Shown here: in pieces, positions 1-11,158 of the stretch
Position numbering within the stretch: the stretch's first letter is position 1
How the letters are laid out: each line of letters begins with the position of its first letter
Source of the DNA: an uncultured delta proteobacterium
GTDB taxonomy: Bacteria; Desulfobacterota; RBG-13-43-22
DNA length: 64,000 nucleotides
NCBI GenBank assembly: GCA_963843145.1
Contig: CAWJJC010000010.1
Location: 1 to 64,000, forward strand
Direction: 5' to 3'
Notes under the pieces: generated by a model
What the model saw: the letters and a program-made list of their open reading frames with translations, nothing else
Databases searched by the model: none
What the model was told of the DNA's origin: nothing
Translations under genes and position numbers: made by a program

Positions 1-123
1 TCTTTAATGGGGCCAAAGTACCCCAATTGCGGTTACCGGAAAATCCCAGAGTGTACTCCGGCCATAAATATGTAAAATGAAAATATAAGTTGCAATTTAC
101 ATATTTTATGCTAATTATAAGTT

Positions 124-1299
124 ATGGTTGCGAGAACTATTGAGCCTATATTGTTGGATCTATCCCGGCGCTACCCGGTTGTAACCATCACCGGGCCCCG
201 GCAGAGCGGAAAAACCACTCTCTGCCGCAACGCTTTCCCGAAACTGAAGTACGCCAACCTAGAAGCCCCGGACGTCCGCCGATTCGCCACCGAAGACCCG
301 CGCGGTTTTCTGACAGCTTACAGCGGGGGCGTCGTTCTCGATGAGATCCAGCGGGTGCCCGAACTCCCTTCCTATATCCAGGAAATTATCGATGCGGAGC
401 GGGAGCCGGGGAAGTTTATCCTGACCGGCAGCCAGCAGTTTGAAGTAATGGATACTATCAGCCAGTCCCTGGCCGGCAGGACGGCCCTTCTCAAACTCCT
501 GCCCTTCTCGCTAAGGGAACTCAAGCAGACCCAATTCTCCGGAAGTATTGACCGGCTCCTGCTTACCGGCTTCTACCCCCGGATTCATGACCAGGGACTG
601 AGCCCTACCCAGGCGTTGGGTGATTATCTTGAAACCTACGTGGAGCGGGACCTTCGCCAACTCGCCGCCGTGAAGGACCTTTCCCTCTTTGAAAGGTTTT
701 TGAAGCTGTGCGCCGGGCGGGTTGGCCAGTTGCTGAACCTGCAGAGCCTCGGGAATGATGCCGGCGTGTCCCATAGCACCGCCCGGGCCTGGCTGACGCT
801 GCTGGAGGCCAGCTATATCGTTTTCCTGCTTCAACCGTGGCACGCCAACCTATCCAAGCGCCTGATCAAGTCGCCAAAGCTCTACTTTCATGATGTCGGC
901 CTGGCCGCTTTCCTGCTCGGTCTGGAAAATGAAACCCAGGTCGGCCGGGATCCCCTAAGAGGCAACCTTTTTGAAAACCTGGTGGTGGTCGAAGCCCTGA
1001 AATACCGCTATAACCAGGGGAAACGGAGCAACCTTTTCTTCTACCGGGAAAGCAACGGGAATGAGGTCGATCTCCTGGCCGAAAGCGGAAGCAGCCTCAT
1101 CGCTGTAGAGATAAAGGCCGGCGCCACCGTCAACCCCGACTATTTCAAAGGGCTTCGTCATTTTGCCAGGGCGGCGGGGGCAGCCCGACAGGTTACCGGG
1201 GGCGTTATTTACGGGGGCAGCGAGATCCAGAAGCGCAGCGATTTTCCGGTTTATCCGGTACTGTTATGCGAGGAATTGTTTGCCCAGCCGGAAGCATGA
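124..1299 (+). CDS. AAA+ ATPase (AAA_14) with C-terminal DUF4143 / PD-(D/E)XK-like domain
   Basis: Walker A GPRQSGKT, Walker B VVLDEIQ, LTGS, KSPKLYFHDVGL, GNLFEN and EVDLL..EIK motifs typical of this family. Confidence 0.9.
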   Translation: MVARTIEPILLDLSRRYPVVTITGPRQSGKTTLCRNAFPKLKYANLEAPDVRRFATEDPRGFLTAYSGGVVLDEIQRVPELPSYIQEIIDAEREPGKFILTGSQQFEVMDTISQSLAGRTALLKLLPFSLRELKQTQFSGSIDRLLLTGFYPRIHDQGLSPTQALGDYLETYVERDLRQLAAVKDLSLFERFLKLCAGRVGQLLNLQSLGNDAGVSHSTARAWLTLLEASYIVFLLQPWHANLSKRLIKSPKLYFHDVGLAAFLLGLENETQVGRDPLRGNLFENLVVVEALKYRYNQGKRSNLFFYRESNGNEVDLLAESGSSLIAVEIKAGATVNPDYFKGLRHFARAAGAARQVTGGVIYGGSEIQKRSDFPVYPVLLCEELFAQPEA

Positions 1300-1488
1300 G
1301 CTGCAATTCAAATTTGTGGGGACGGGGTCGGTCCACGCAAACCAATTGATTTGAAACCTCTCTCATTTGAGTCTGGCAAAAGTCAGCTAATCAACAAAAG
1401 AACTAATACGACAATTATCCGCTTACATAGAAAATTGTCTTGACAAAAATCTATTATAAAGGAAATCCTTGCTCCCGGCGGCAGCGCT

Positions 1489-2271
1489 GTGGAAGAGCCT
1501 CCGCAGCAGACGATGGACACCATCCTGGGAACCGCGGAGGCTGCCCCCGTCACCATAAGAAAAACACTCCAGGGGCTTCTTCGTTGGGGCGGTTTTCCGG
1601 AACCTTTCCTGGATCAAAACGAACGAAGGCATCGTCTCTGGCTGCGAGAGAGGCGAAACCTGATCATCAAAGAGGACCTACGCGATCTGTCGCGCATCCG
1701 CATGATCTCCCAGGTGGAGGAATTGGTCGAGCTCCTGGTGCTCCGGGCCGGGGGAGTGCTGTCCTTTCAAGCCCTCCGGGAAGATTTACAGGTAGCCGTG
1801 GAATCCGTCCGCCAATGGACCGACCAACTCCAGCGCCTGTATTTCATTTATTTGATCAGGCCTTTCGCCGGCAAGTTGCCCCGCGCCTTGCGCAAAGAAC
1901 CGAAAATCTATCTGTGGGACTGGTCGGAAATCGAGGGGGAAGGTCCGCGCTTTGAAAATCTCCTGGCGAGCCATCTACTCAAATGGGCCCATTTTACCCA
2001 GGACTGGGGCCTGCCGCCCCTTGAACTCCATTACCTGCGCGATCGGGAAAAGCGTGAAGTGGATTTCCTCCTGACCTTGAATCGAAAACCCTGGGTCTTG
2101 ATCGAGGCTAAACTATCCTTGGGAAAGCCCTCTCCGGCACTGTCCTATTTCGCCGAACGTTTACAAGCGCCCCATAAGATCCAGGTGGTCCTGAATCTGG
2201 ATCGACCCGGCCTGGCCGGAGATGTGCACGTGATCGACGCCGCCAATTTTCTTCAAGCCTTACCGGTTTAG
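1489..2271 (+). pseudogene. 5'-truncated second AAA_14/DUF4143 ATPase
   Basis: Starts at the GGFPEP region, has KEPKIYLWDWS, FENLLA and REVDFL..IEAK, but no Walker A/B. Confidence 0.75.
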
Positions 2272-2305
2272 TTTTGGATTCGGGGTCAGATCAGCCCGAT
2301 CCGTT

Positions 2306-2725
2306 TTATTGAAAAGGATTGACGATCTGGATGCCTTCGATGACCTCACCGGCTTGCAGGTCTTCCGTAAAAATTTGGTCTGCCCGTCCATCGATCGCGG
2401 CGGCGACGATCAGGGCATCCCAGAAGGACAGCCGGTATCGTTCCTCGATTTCGGAAGCCCTCCGGATATTTTGCTGACCGTTGATCACAACCGGCCAGGA
2501 AAAATAATTGAGGATGAAGCCCCGAGCCTGGACCGGTGTCAGCGGACGGGGGATTTTACGGGTGATATTCACATAAAATTCCTGGATCACTTGGGTGCTC
2601 AGCAGCCCGGTCTCCTCCTCCCAGAGATTCTTCAATATTTCTGAGGCAATGGCCTGCTTCCGGTCGGCATCCAGATCATGGGCGTAGATCAGGACGTTGG
2701 TGTCGACAAAGATTCTAGCGCTCAT
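2306..2725 (-). CDS. vapC: PIN-domain (VapC-type) toxin
   Basis: FVDTNVLIYA, STQVIQEF, SFWDALIVAAA and TED acidic PIN motifs. Confidence 0.9.
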   Translation of the reverse strand: MSARIFVDTNVLIYAHDLDADRKQAIASEILKNLWEEETGLLSTQVIQEFYVNITRKIPRPLTPVQARGFILNYFSWPVVINGQQNIRRASEIEERYRLSFWDALIVAAAIDGRADQIFTEDLQAGEVIEGIQIVNPFQ

Positions 2726-2945
2726 GCAGTTCATCCCGGACCGGGGGGTGGCCGCCGCCGTGGAAGCCTTTCTTCAATTGGGCGAGGGCTTTCTTCTTGG
2801 CCCGTAAGTAGGCCTCTTTTTCCTGAATGGCTTCGTTCAGCTTGTCGCTGACCATCCGGGTTAAAGAGGTTCCTTGCATGGCAGCCAGTATTTTTCCTTT
2901 CCGGAGCACTTCCTTGTCCAGACTGACGGTAATGTTTTGCTTCAT
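2715..2945 (-). CDS. Ribbon-helix-helix antitoxin paired with the PIN toxin
   Basis: 76 aa, MKQNITVSLD beta-strand start, RDELHER end, overlaps the toxin start. Confidence 0.85.
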   Translation of the reverse strand: MKQNITVSLDKEVLRKGKILAAMQGTSLTRMVSDKLNEAIQEKEAYLRAKKKALAQLKKGFHGGGHPPVRDELHER

Positions 2946-3381
2946 GTTTCAACCTCCTGAAGGAACTGCCACTCACTGGGCGGGAACCTTTGATCGGGCG
3001 GCGCCGGTGCTCCCCGGCCCTTTTTCCAAAACCTATTTTTTCGTGTAGCACGTAAATAACGTGTTGTCAAGTCGTGAAATAATCGGGAGCCTTCAAAACA
3101 GCTAACCCATACCCAGGGCCAATCGATATTTCCTCCCCAACCTGATCCGGCACATCATCCATCGCCGCCGCATAAATGGGAATTCCTGCTATTACATATA
3201 CCTTCGCTTGGCCCGATCCCCTGGGCTTAAATTGAAACGGTTCCATTCCTCCTGACTACGGTCAATTTTCTTATTATACTGCATAAAAACAGAAATTTTT
3301 GTGTATTATAAATAAAGGATATAACATTCATCCGCTTACACAGAAAATTGACCAATTGATTTGACACCCTCTAAGAAATTT

Positions 3382-5922
3382 ATGCTTTACCCCTCATCCT
3401 TTCCCATCGACCCCGTTCTTCCCGATTTAAAGGAAGCCATCCGCGCCCATCCGGCGGTGATTCTCCGGGCCCCGCCCGGCTCCGGTAAAACGACCCGGGT
3501 CCCCCTGGCGCTGCTGGAGATCTTCCCCCCGGGGAAAGGCCGTATAATCATGCTCGAACCGCGCCGGCTGGCGGCCGTGGCGGCGGCGCGCTGGATGGCC
3601 CGGGGTTTGGGGGAAAAAATCGGCCGGACTTTGGGTTATTCGATCCGTTTCGATAGCCGGGTATCGGACCAAACGCGCATCGAGGTGGTCACGGAAGGCA
3701 TCCTCACGCGGCGCCTTACCGCCGACCCCGCGCTCGAAGGGACGGCCCTGGTCATTTTCGACGAATTTCACGAACGAAGCCTGCAGGCCGACCTGAACCT
3801 GGCCTTTTGTCTGGACGTCCAGAGAAATCTTCGGGAGGATCTCAAAATCCTGATCATGTCGGCCACCCTGGACTGCGGGCCCCTGGCCGCCCTGCTGGGG
3901 GAGGCCCCGGTCATTCAAACGGAAGGGCGGCTCTTTCCGGTCGAAGAACGCTACGTGGTCCGGGGGAGCGACAGACCTCTGGCTGAACGGATTGCCGGCG
4001 CCGTAGCCGCGGCCGTGAGGGAGACCGCCGGGGACATACTCGTCTTCCTCCCCGGGGCCGGAGAGATCTGGAGGGCCGCCGAGGCGCTCCAGGCCCTGGA
4101 TTGGGCGAGCGGGGCTGAACCGGCCATTCATCCTCTTTACGGGGACCTGCCTTTCGAGGAGCAGGAAAAAGCCATCCTTCCCTCCAAAAAGCGTAAAGTG
4201 GTCCTGGCCACCAATATCGCCGAAACCAGCCTGACCATCGAAGGGGTGCAGGTGGTCATCGACAGCGGTCTGGCGCGGAGACTGCGCTATGACCCCCGGA
4301 CCGGAATGAACCGCCTTTTCACCGTGACCATCTCCCGGGCTTCGGCCGAGCAGCGCCAAGGCCGGGCCGGCCGTCTCGGCCCCGGTGTTTGTTACCGCCT
4401 GTATGACCCTCATCTCTTTCAGTCCATGGCGGCTTATACGCCGCCGGAGATGCTCTCCCTGGACCAGGCTTCATTGGTTCTGGAATTGGCGGCCTGGGGG
4501 GTCAAAGACCCGGGGGCACTATCCTGGCTCGATCCGCCGCCGGCAACGGGCTGGGAGGAGGCCGGGCGCCTGCTGGCTGACCTGGGCGCTTTGGACTCTC
4601 AAGGGGCCATCACCCGAATCGGACGGGAAATGGCCCTGTTGCCCCTGCATCCCCGTCTCAGCCACCTCCTGATAAAATCCTTTGCGCTCGGTTGCCCCCG
4701 CTTGGGCGCCGACCTGGCGGCCCTCCTCTCGGAGCGGGATATCCTGCGCCCGCCGGACCCTCGGGCCGGAAGACATACAAGGAAAGGTTCGGAGCTCAGC
4801 GAGCGACTCGACCTGCTCCAAGAATGGCGGCAAGGAAGGCAGGTACCCCCGGCCGCTGATCCCTTCGCCCTGCAGGCCGTCGATCGGGTGGCCCGTGAAC
4901 TTTTGAAAACCGGAAAGCACCGATCCGGGATTGCTGCCGAGGATGAGTCGACGCTGATCCCCAGGCTGTTGGTGCAGGCCTATCCCGATCGCCTCGCCCA
5001 AAAAAGAGCGGAAGGGGCCGGGCGGTTTCTCCTGGCCCGGGGGCCGGGGGTGCGGCTGGCCGCCGGAGACCCGTTGGCCGGGAGCCCTTATATCGTCGCC
5101 CTCCAGGTCGAAGGCGGTCCGGGGGCCGAAGGCCGGGTGTATCTGGCGGAACCGGTTACTGAGGCCCTGATACGGACGGAACTGGGTGAGCGGATCGAAT
5201 CGTCGCGGCGGGTCGAATGGGATAAAAAGGAGGGACGGATCATCTCCGTCCTGGAGGAACGGCTGGGATCGCTCGTCCTTGCCGTGAAACCCCTGAGTCC
5301 GGCGCCGGAAGAAGCGGCCCAAATCCTCTGCGCGGAAATACGCTCCGCGGCCCTGCCCCTCCCCTTCCGCCCGGAAGTCCGGCAGCTCCAGGGGCGTGTC
5401 CGGCTGCTGGGACGGGTTTTTTCTGAAGAGAACTGGCCGGATCTGTCCGACGAGCATCTCCAGGCCAACCCGGAGGAATGGCTGGCGCCCTTTCTGGCGG
5501 GAATCCGCAGCCGGGAACAGCTTGCCGATCTGGAACTCCTGCCGCCCTTGTTCAGCCTTTTAACCCGGGAACAGCGGCGCCTTCTGGACCAACGCGCCCC
5601 CACGGCCCTGGCTGTTCCCAGCGGCCGGAGCGTCCCCCTGGACTATGCGGCCGGCGCAGTTCCTGTGCTCGCCGTCAAGCTGCAGGAGATGTTCGGCCAG
5701 GCCGATACGCCGACGGTGGCGGAGGGACGCGTCCAGGTCCTTATCCACCTGCTGTCGCCTGCCCGCCGCCCCGTGCAGGTCACTCAGGACCTGCGGGGTT
5801 TCTGGAACAGCGGCTACGCCCAGGTCAAAAAAGAGTTGAAGGGCCGTTACCCCAAACACCCCTGGCCCGACGACCCCTGGAAGGCCGTCCCGACCCGGCA
5901 GATTAAAGGCCGGACAAGATAA
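3382..5922 (+). CDS. hrpB: ATP-dependent RNA helicase HrpB
   Basis: GSGKTT, DEFHER, MSAT, TNIAETSLTI, QRQGRAGR and HrpB C-terminal KGRYPKHPWPDDP. Confidence 0.95.
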   Translation: MLYPSSFPIDPVLPDLKEAIRAHPAVILRAPPGSGKTTRVPLALLEIFPPGKGRIIMLEPRRLAAVAAARWMARGLGEKIGRTLGYSIRFDSRVSDQTRIEVVTEGILTRRLTADPALEGTALVIFDEFHERSLQADLNLAFCLDVQRNLREDLKILIMSATLDCGPLAALLGEAPVIQTEGRLFPVEERYVVRGSDRPLAERIAGAVAAAVRETAGDILVFLPGAGEIWRAAEALQALDWASGAEPAIHPLYGDLPFEEQEKAILPSKKRKVVLATNIAETSLTIEGVQVVIDSGLARRLRYDPRTGMNRLFTVTISRASAEQRQGRAGRLGPGVCYRLYDPHLFQSMAAYTPPEMLSLDQASLVLELAAWGVKDPGALSWLDPPPATGWEEAGRLLADLGALDSQGAITRIGREMALLPLHPRLSHLLIKSFALGCPRLGADLAALLSERDILRPPDPRAGRHTRKGSELSERLDLLQEWRQGRQVPPAADPFALQAVDRVARELLKTGKHRSGIAAEDESTLIPRLLVQAYPDRLAQKRAEGAGRFLLARGPGVRLAAGDPLAGSPYIVALQVEGGPGAEGRVYLAEPVTEALIRTELGERIESSRRVEWDKKEGRIISVLEERLGSLVLAVKPLSPAPEEAAQILCAEIRSAALPLPFRPEVRQLQGRVRLLGRVFSEENWPDLSDEHLQANPEEWLAPFLAGIRSREQLADLELLPPLFSLLTREQRRLLDQRAPTALAVPSGRSVPLDYAAGAVPVLAVKLQEMFGQADTPTVAEGRVQVLIHLLSPARRPVQVTQDLRGFWNSGYAQVKKELKGRYPKHPWPDDPWKAVPTRQIKGRTR

Positions 5923-6029
5923 AGGCCAGACCGAGCCGGGCAGGAAGGAAACCCGCTTGCCGGAGGAACTCTTTACGAATTAGCGGGCAACCCGGCTTTT
6001 TCTAATGAAATGGGGTCAATTATTTGATC

Positions 6030-6189
6030 TTGACAACCTCGCAAAAAGTCCAAAAACCTGTCATTGCGACCCCGGACTAGATCCGGGGGAAGCAAATCCC
6101 CACCATGCTAACTGACTGATTCTTGGGGATTGCTTCGTCGCTTCACTCCTCGCAATGACAGCGCTGGGGACTTTTTACGAAACCATCAA
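6030..6189. repeat. REP/MITE-like nested palindromic element
   Basis: Outer arms TTGACAACCTCGCAAAAAGTCC / GGACTTTTTACGAAACCATCAA enclose GTCATTGCGA...TCGCAATGAC and GAAGCAAATCCC...GGGATTGCTTC; lies between convergent genes. Confidence 0.7.
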
Positions 6190-6294
6190 TATTGACATCT
6201 TCGATGGATGGATAGGGAGTAGAAGGGTATAGAAAGCAGAGAATTGATAATCAATTCATAAAAGGCAGGGCTCGAATCCTGCGTTAGAATTATT

Positions 6295-6771
6295 TCACAG
6301 GGTCGGGTCTATTTGAGGCTTTTCCTTGCCACGCAAAGTGTCGATAGCTTCATTAACTGCTTTGACCAATTCCGTCGTCCGGGTGATAAATCGGAAACCA
6401 TATCTTTTGGTCCCCTGATGGGTAAGAATGATTTTACCGAAGTTCAGCATGGCCCCTAAAGCGGGTTGATAAATATTTATCTGAGTGATTTCATTAAGAG
6501 GTATGATCAAAGACCTCTTCCAGGGAAAGCCGATTTGAATGTCCAATTGTTCGGCCGTCAAGGTTATCCGGGATCGCTGGAGGCTCAGAGACGAGCATAC
6601 TCCCCAAATCAAACCAAAAGCAATCAAGACGATCGACTGGGATCCTTTTGATTCCAGGATAATTCCGCCTAAAAAAATAACTAAGGCCGGTCCAAAAAGC
6701 ATAGCCCAATGGAGTCCGGCCTGGTAAATGATTCTTTGATTCTTCACAGTTTGCTCTTTTTCCGAATTCAT
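6295..6771 (-). CDS. Membrane protein with bacterial PH (bPH_2)-like domain
   Basis: Two TM helices, then I.L.EI.QI.IYQ..LG.MLNFGKI pattern. Confidence 0.65.
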   Translation of the reverse strand: MNSEKEQTVKNQRIIYQAGLHWAMLFGPALVIFLGGIILESKGSQSIVLIAFGLIWGVCSSLSLQRSRITLTAEQLDIQIGFPWKRSLIIPLNEITQINIYQPALGAMLNFGKIILTHQGTKRYGFRFITRTTELVKAVNEAIDTLRGKEKPQIDPTL

Positions 6772-6832
6772 TAGTAACTGAAAAATAAAAAAAGGTCGAT
6801 TGGAAATCGTTCCGGACCGACCGGTAAGGTAG

Positions 6833-8137
6833 TTACTTTCCCATCAATCGATTCGGCAGCCAGGTGGCAATGTCCGGGAAAATAAACATGATCGCTAAAG
6901 CAAGAACAAGAGCGGACAAAAAGGGAACCACCCCTTTATAAATCGTTTTAAAGGGGAGTCCGGTGATATTTCCCAATATAAATACATAAATGGCGATAGG
7001 CGGGATGATGCCGCCGATCATCAGGGTAATGCAGATTAAAATTCCAAACCAGATAGGATCATAACCCAGTTGCATAACCGCCGGGAAAAATATCGGTGTG
7101 GCCAGGACCATAAAGGCCAGGTCGTCCATGATGGAGCCGCCGATCAGATAAATCAGAATGATGACCACCATAACCAGCGTTTTCGATATGGGAAGGGCTG
7201 CGGCCCAATTGGCGGTGATGGTCGGGATCTCGGTGATGGCCAGAAAGTGGCCAAAAATATTGGAACCGGCAATCAACATCAGCGTCATGATCGAAGTCCG
7301 TAATGATCCGCGAAAGGAACTTAGGAGCATCTTGGAAGTGATCTCTCGTCGCGATAGGGCCAGAAGAAAAACGGCCACCGTGCCGATGGTCCCCGCTTCC
7401 GTGGGGCTAAAAAAACCGACCATCATCCCGCCGATAACAATGCTGAAAACCACTAAGAGGATCAAGGCCTCCGGAATGGCCTCCAGGCGTTCTTTCCAGG
7501 TTCCCTTTTCAGCCCGGGGCGCAATTTCAGGCTTCCACATGACCCATCCGGCGATAACGGCCATAAAAAAAGCCGAGATCATCAAGGCCGGAAGGATGCC
7601 GGCCAGAAAAAGCCGGCCGATCGATTGTTCAACCTCAAGTCCATAGATAATCAGCACTGTGCTGGGGGGCAGAATCATGCCGATGGTACTGACCGAGGCC
7701 ACCGTACCGGCGGAGAGTTCCTTTTTGTAGCCATAACGGTCCATTTCCGGTATGGCCAGTCCGGAGAAGGTTCCGACCGTGGCCAGGGTTGAACCACACA
7801 TAGCCTTGAAGGCCGTAGCGCCCACCACGGTAGTCATGGCTAGACCGCCCGGTATGTGTCCGAACCACTTATGGGCCCCGTTATAAAGCCTTTTGGCAAT
7901 ATTTGAATTCTGGGCAAACTCCCCCATGACGATAAATAAGGGAATTACCGTATAGCTATAGGTGGTAAAGGTATCAAAAAAATCCTTAACCACCAGATTA
8001 GAGGCGGCCGTGAAAGTCATCAGAAAGGTGAATCCCACGAAACCCACCAAAACCATGCAATACGCCATTTCCAATCCGGTCAAAAAAAGGGCCAGCAGGA
8101 TGAGAATACTGTATATGCCAACCGCTACATCACTCAT
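6833..8137 (-). CDS. dctM: TRAP transporter large permease DctM
   Basis: Polytopic; IPLFIVMGE, GMILPPS, FSPTEAG, GYDPIWFGI motifs. Confidence 0.93.
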   Translation of the reverse strand: MSDVAVGIYSILILLALFLTGLEMAYCMVLVGFVGFTFLMTFTAASNLVVKDFFDTFTTYSYTVIPLFIVMGEFAQNSNIAKRLYNGAHKWFGHIPGGLAMTTVVGATAFKAMCGSTLATVGTFSGLAIPEMDRYGYKKELSAGTVASVSTIGMILPPSTVLIIYGLEVEQSIGRLFLAGILPALMISAFFMAVIAGWVMWKPEIAPRAEKGTWKERLEAIPEALILLVVFSIVIGGMMVGFFSPTEAGTIGTVAVFLLALSRREITSKMLLSSFRGSLRTSIMTLMLIAGSNIFGHFLAITEIPTITANWAAALPISKTLVMVVIILIYLIGGSIMDDLAFMVLATPIFFPAVMQLGYDPIWFGILICITLMIGGIIPPIAIYVFILGNITGLPFKTIYKGVVPFLSALVLALAIMFIFPDIATWLPNRLMGK

Positions 8138-8615
8138 GGTCGCCTCCCTGGATGGTCTTTATCAGATCACAACCGATGGTCAAACTCTGGAATAGAAAAC
8201 TGAGGGAAATGGCAAAGCAAAAAGGGTAGTAGGGGATCTTGAAGCCGGCGGTCAGTTCGCCGGTTCTTTTTACATCCAAACCGTATTTATAAAAGTTATA
8301 GGCGATAAACAGGAATAGAAGAATTCCAATAGCTCGGGTAACGGCATTGATCCTCTTTTGATTTTTGGGATTCAGTTTCTGGGTAATCAAATCAACCGCC
8401 ACCTGGGCGCCGATCCAGGTGGCATAGGGAATCGAGAAACTGAAAACAATGGAACCGGCATATTGTATAATCTCCATTGATCCGGTAATCGGATGGCCAA
8501 AATTCCTCAAGATCACATCGCAAAGTGTCAATAGGATCATTAAGGCCAAGACGGTCCCGGCGGCAGCGAATAAGATTTTATCCCCTTTAATAACCGCGGC
8601 CATCAGGTTTTTCAT
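8130..8615 (-). CDS. dctQ: TRAP transporter small permease DctQ
   Basis: 4 TM, DVILRNFGHPITGSMEI, located between dctP and dctM. Confidence 0.9.
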   Translation of the reverse strand: MKNLMAAVIKGDKILFAAAGTVLALMILLTLCDVILRNFGHPITGSMEIIQYAGSIVFSFSIPYATWIGAQVAVDLITQKLNPKNQKRINAVTRAIGILLFLFIAYNFYKYGLDVKRTGELTAGFKIPYYPFCFAISLSFLFQSLTIGCDLIKTIQGGDHE

Positions 8616-8658
8616 GTTTATTGCCTCCTCATTTTACTGTGAGTCGCCTTATTTCAAA

Positions 8659-8694
8659 AGGATGAGGGTTGTAACTCGTTGCAACCCTCATCCT
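8659..8694 (-). terminator. Intercistronic stem-loop after dctP
   Basis: 13-bp inverted repeat AGGATGAGGGTTG / CAACCCTCATCCT. Confidence 0.6.
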
Positions 8695-8715
8695 GATCCA
8701 AGGCTTTCCTATGTC

Positions 8716-9738
8716 TTAGGGATGGGTTTTGAGATAGTCCTGGCAGAATTTCAAGGCTTCCTCCCCCGGGAGGCCCTTGGATTTAGCCATTTTGACATAG
8801 CTATCTAAAATCGGCTTCATCTTCTCAGCCGTCAGGGTCATATCTTTCTGGGGTATGGTCAAAAAGGTAACCCCTTTGCCCGTGGCAAATTCCTTGGCCT
8901 TATTATCCAGCTCGACCCAGCGCTTAGCGATTTTTTCATTGTATTCATCATTAATTTTCTCGATTGCCGCCTGGTCGGCTGGGGAGAGCTGATTCCATTT
9001 GGCTTTGTTCATGACTACATACATGGACGTCATGTAAGACATGCCGTAGTCTTCCAGCACCGTCTTGACCACCTCGCCGATTTTAAACCCCTGTAAGGCC
9101 TCAATGGGAAATAGGCACCCGTCGATAACGCCTCGAGAAAGGGCATCGTAGGTTTCGCTGACCGGCATGGTTACCGGAGCACCACCCAGGTTCTTGACGA
9201 TGTCGGTATTTTCAGCATTGGCCTTAATTCTCAGCCCTTTGATATCGTCCATCGATTTAACCAGTTTTTTAGTCATGATAAAGCCCGGGGCCGCACCGTG
9301 CAGGAACATGACTTTCACATCATCAAATTCTTTCGGTTTAAATTTTTTATAATAGGCATTGGCCAGCTTACTGGCTTGATAGCCGTTCTTATACCCCAGA
9401 GGCAGTTGCAAGACCTCGGAAAGAGGGAGTCTACCCGGGGCATAGGCCAATAAACTGGCGGCAATGTCCACCACCCCTTTAACCGTGTTGTCATAGGCCT
9501 GCATGGGCGGGGTCAGGGTATTGCCCGCGAACATGGAGATCTTTATCCTGCCCTGAGTGGCTTTTTCCACATCCTTGGCCCACTCCTCGGCCAGTTTGGT
9601 CAACGGGTGTACCGGCGGCCAGATGAGTGAATACCTCAGTTTTATCACTTCCCCTTGAACCTTAGCCGGCAACACCGTTAGCAGAAAGGCGGCCAGGGTC
9701 ACACCAACTAAACTGAAAACCAAACCATTTTTTTTCAT
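8716..9738 (-). CDS. dctP: TRAP transporter substrate-binding protein DctP
   Basis: Signal peptide, DIKGLRIK, MPVSETYDALSRGVIDG, VVMNKAKWNQLS. Confidence 0.92.
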   Translation of the reverse strand: MKKNGLVFSLVGVTLAAFLLTVLPAKVQGEVIKLRYSLIWPPVHPLTKLAEEWAKDVEKATQGRIKISMFAGNTLTPPMQAYDNTVKGVVDIAASLLAYAPGRLPLSEVLQLPLGYKNGYQASKLANAYYKKFKPKEFDDVKVMFLHGAAPGFIMTKKLVKSMDDIKGLRIKANAENTDIVKNLGGAPVTMPVSETYDALSRGVIDGCLFPIEALQGFKIGEVVKTVLEDYGMSYMTSMYVVMNKAKWNQLSPADQAAIEKINDEYNEKIAKRWVELDNKAKEFATGKGVTFLTIPQKDMTLTAEKMKPILDSYVKMAKSKGLPGEEALKFCQDYLKTHP

Positions 9739-9823
9739 TTTTCAAACCTCCTTCATTTTTTCTTTTTTTGTTTAATAATCGACACGCTAAATTTAAGACC
9801 GGTTTGCGCGGCCAAGGCAGGCG

Positions 9824-11157
9824 TTAAATCAAGCCGCCTTCTTTGAACTCTTTCAGCTTTGAAGGTCCATAGCCGAAATATTTTAGAAAGACGTGCCCAT
9901 TGTCATAGCCGGCCGGCCGGCACACCCATTTGATCCTTATCGGCGTCTCCGTCATCTTGTGCTGCGCCTGCGCGACCATGACTTCCCCAAAGATCGGATC
10001 TTTCACCGGAACCAAAACGCCCCTTTCCATCCAGTTCTTATCTTGCATGGCTTCCATGGGGGAGCACACCGGAGCCACCACGGGCGTGATGGGAGCCAGA
10101 CGCCCCTTCTTGCCGTATTCAATAGACATTTTCACCAACTCCTCATTGGTGTATTTGCGAGTCTCGGCGAAAACCAAAGGCGCCCACTTCAATTGTTGCT
10201 CTTTTTTCGTAAAATAGGTCAAATCATCCCAACTGCCCGCATCCCATTCATCCCATTTCCCCACCATGTCGGCGAAGGCCTGCCACATTTCCAGCCGCAG
10301 CCCGCCAAGGAAGACGGCGCCATCCGCGGTTGGCGCGAAACAGTAAAGCCATCCGCCGGGAATGAGACTTCCAAAACGTTCAAGAACAACACCGGCACCC
10401 TCGTACCAAAGCGGCCGTCATTATCGAAACGGGAGTAGGCTTCGTTTGTGGCGACGTCCAGCGCCTGTCCTTCTCCGGTTACAAACCTCCAATGCAACGC
10501 GGCCAGAATGCCCACCGCCATGAATGTCGCCGGTTGGCTCCAACCTATCCAGGGACCTGCCTTGGTTGGCACGGCCCAGGGGCAATCATCGTAGCTCTTT
10601 CCCTCGGGCAGGACCTCCCCGGTGGCCGCCTGTATGCCTGACCTCGCCTGCGCTATGTTATCGTAATCGGGCATGCGGCTTTGGCTCAAAGGCCCAAATT
10701 GTCCGTTGGCCGTAATCGAAGCAAATATCAGTCCGGGGTTGATCTCTTTCAATTGTTGATAGCCGATACCCCACTCATCCATGACCCCCGGGCGGAAGGT
10801 TTCTATGAGCACATCAGCCTGACTCACCAGACCCCTCAGAATTTCCCTCCCTTCCGGCTCTTTCAGGTTCAGCGTGACATGAAACTTATTTCTGCCCTCG
10901 GTCAGATAGTTCAGACCTTCGCCCTTAAACAACATTCCATAAGGAGTGCAGGTTCTGATGAAATCGCCCTCCGGAGGCTCTATCCGTATGACCTCGGCGC
11001 CAAACTCCGCCAAAAGAGACGAGCAATAGCAACCGGCAAAGCTCTTGTAACTCAAATCCAGCACGGTTAGGTCATCCAACGCCTCCGGCTTGGCGCGCCC
11101 GGCCCGAGGATCGCTTTTCTCTCTCACCCAGTCAGTCCAGTTTTGTCCCTTTTCCAT
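9824..11157 (-). CDS. CaiB/BaiF family (class III) CoA-transferase, subunit 2 (frameshift near 10400)
   Basis: LAEFGAEVIRIEPPEGD, ADVLIETFRPG, INPGLIFASI; C-terminus continues in ORF 9824..10288. Confidence 0.85.
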
Positions 11158-11158
11158 T

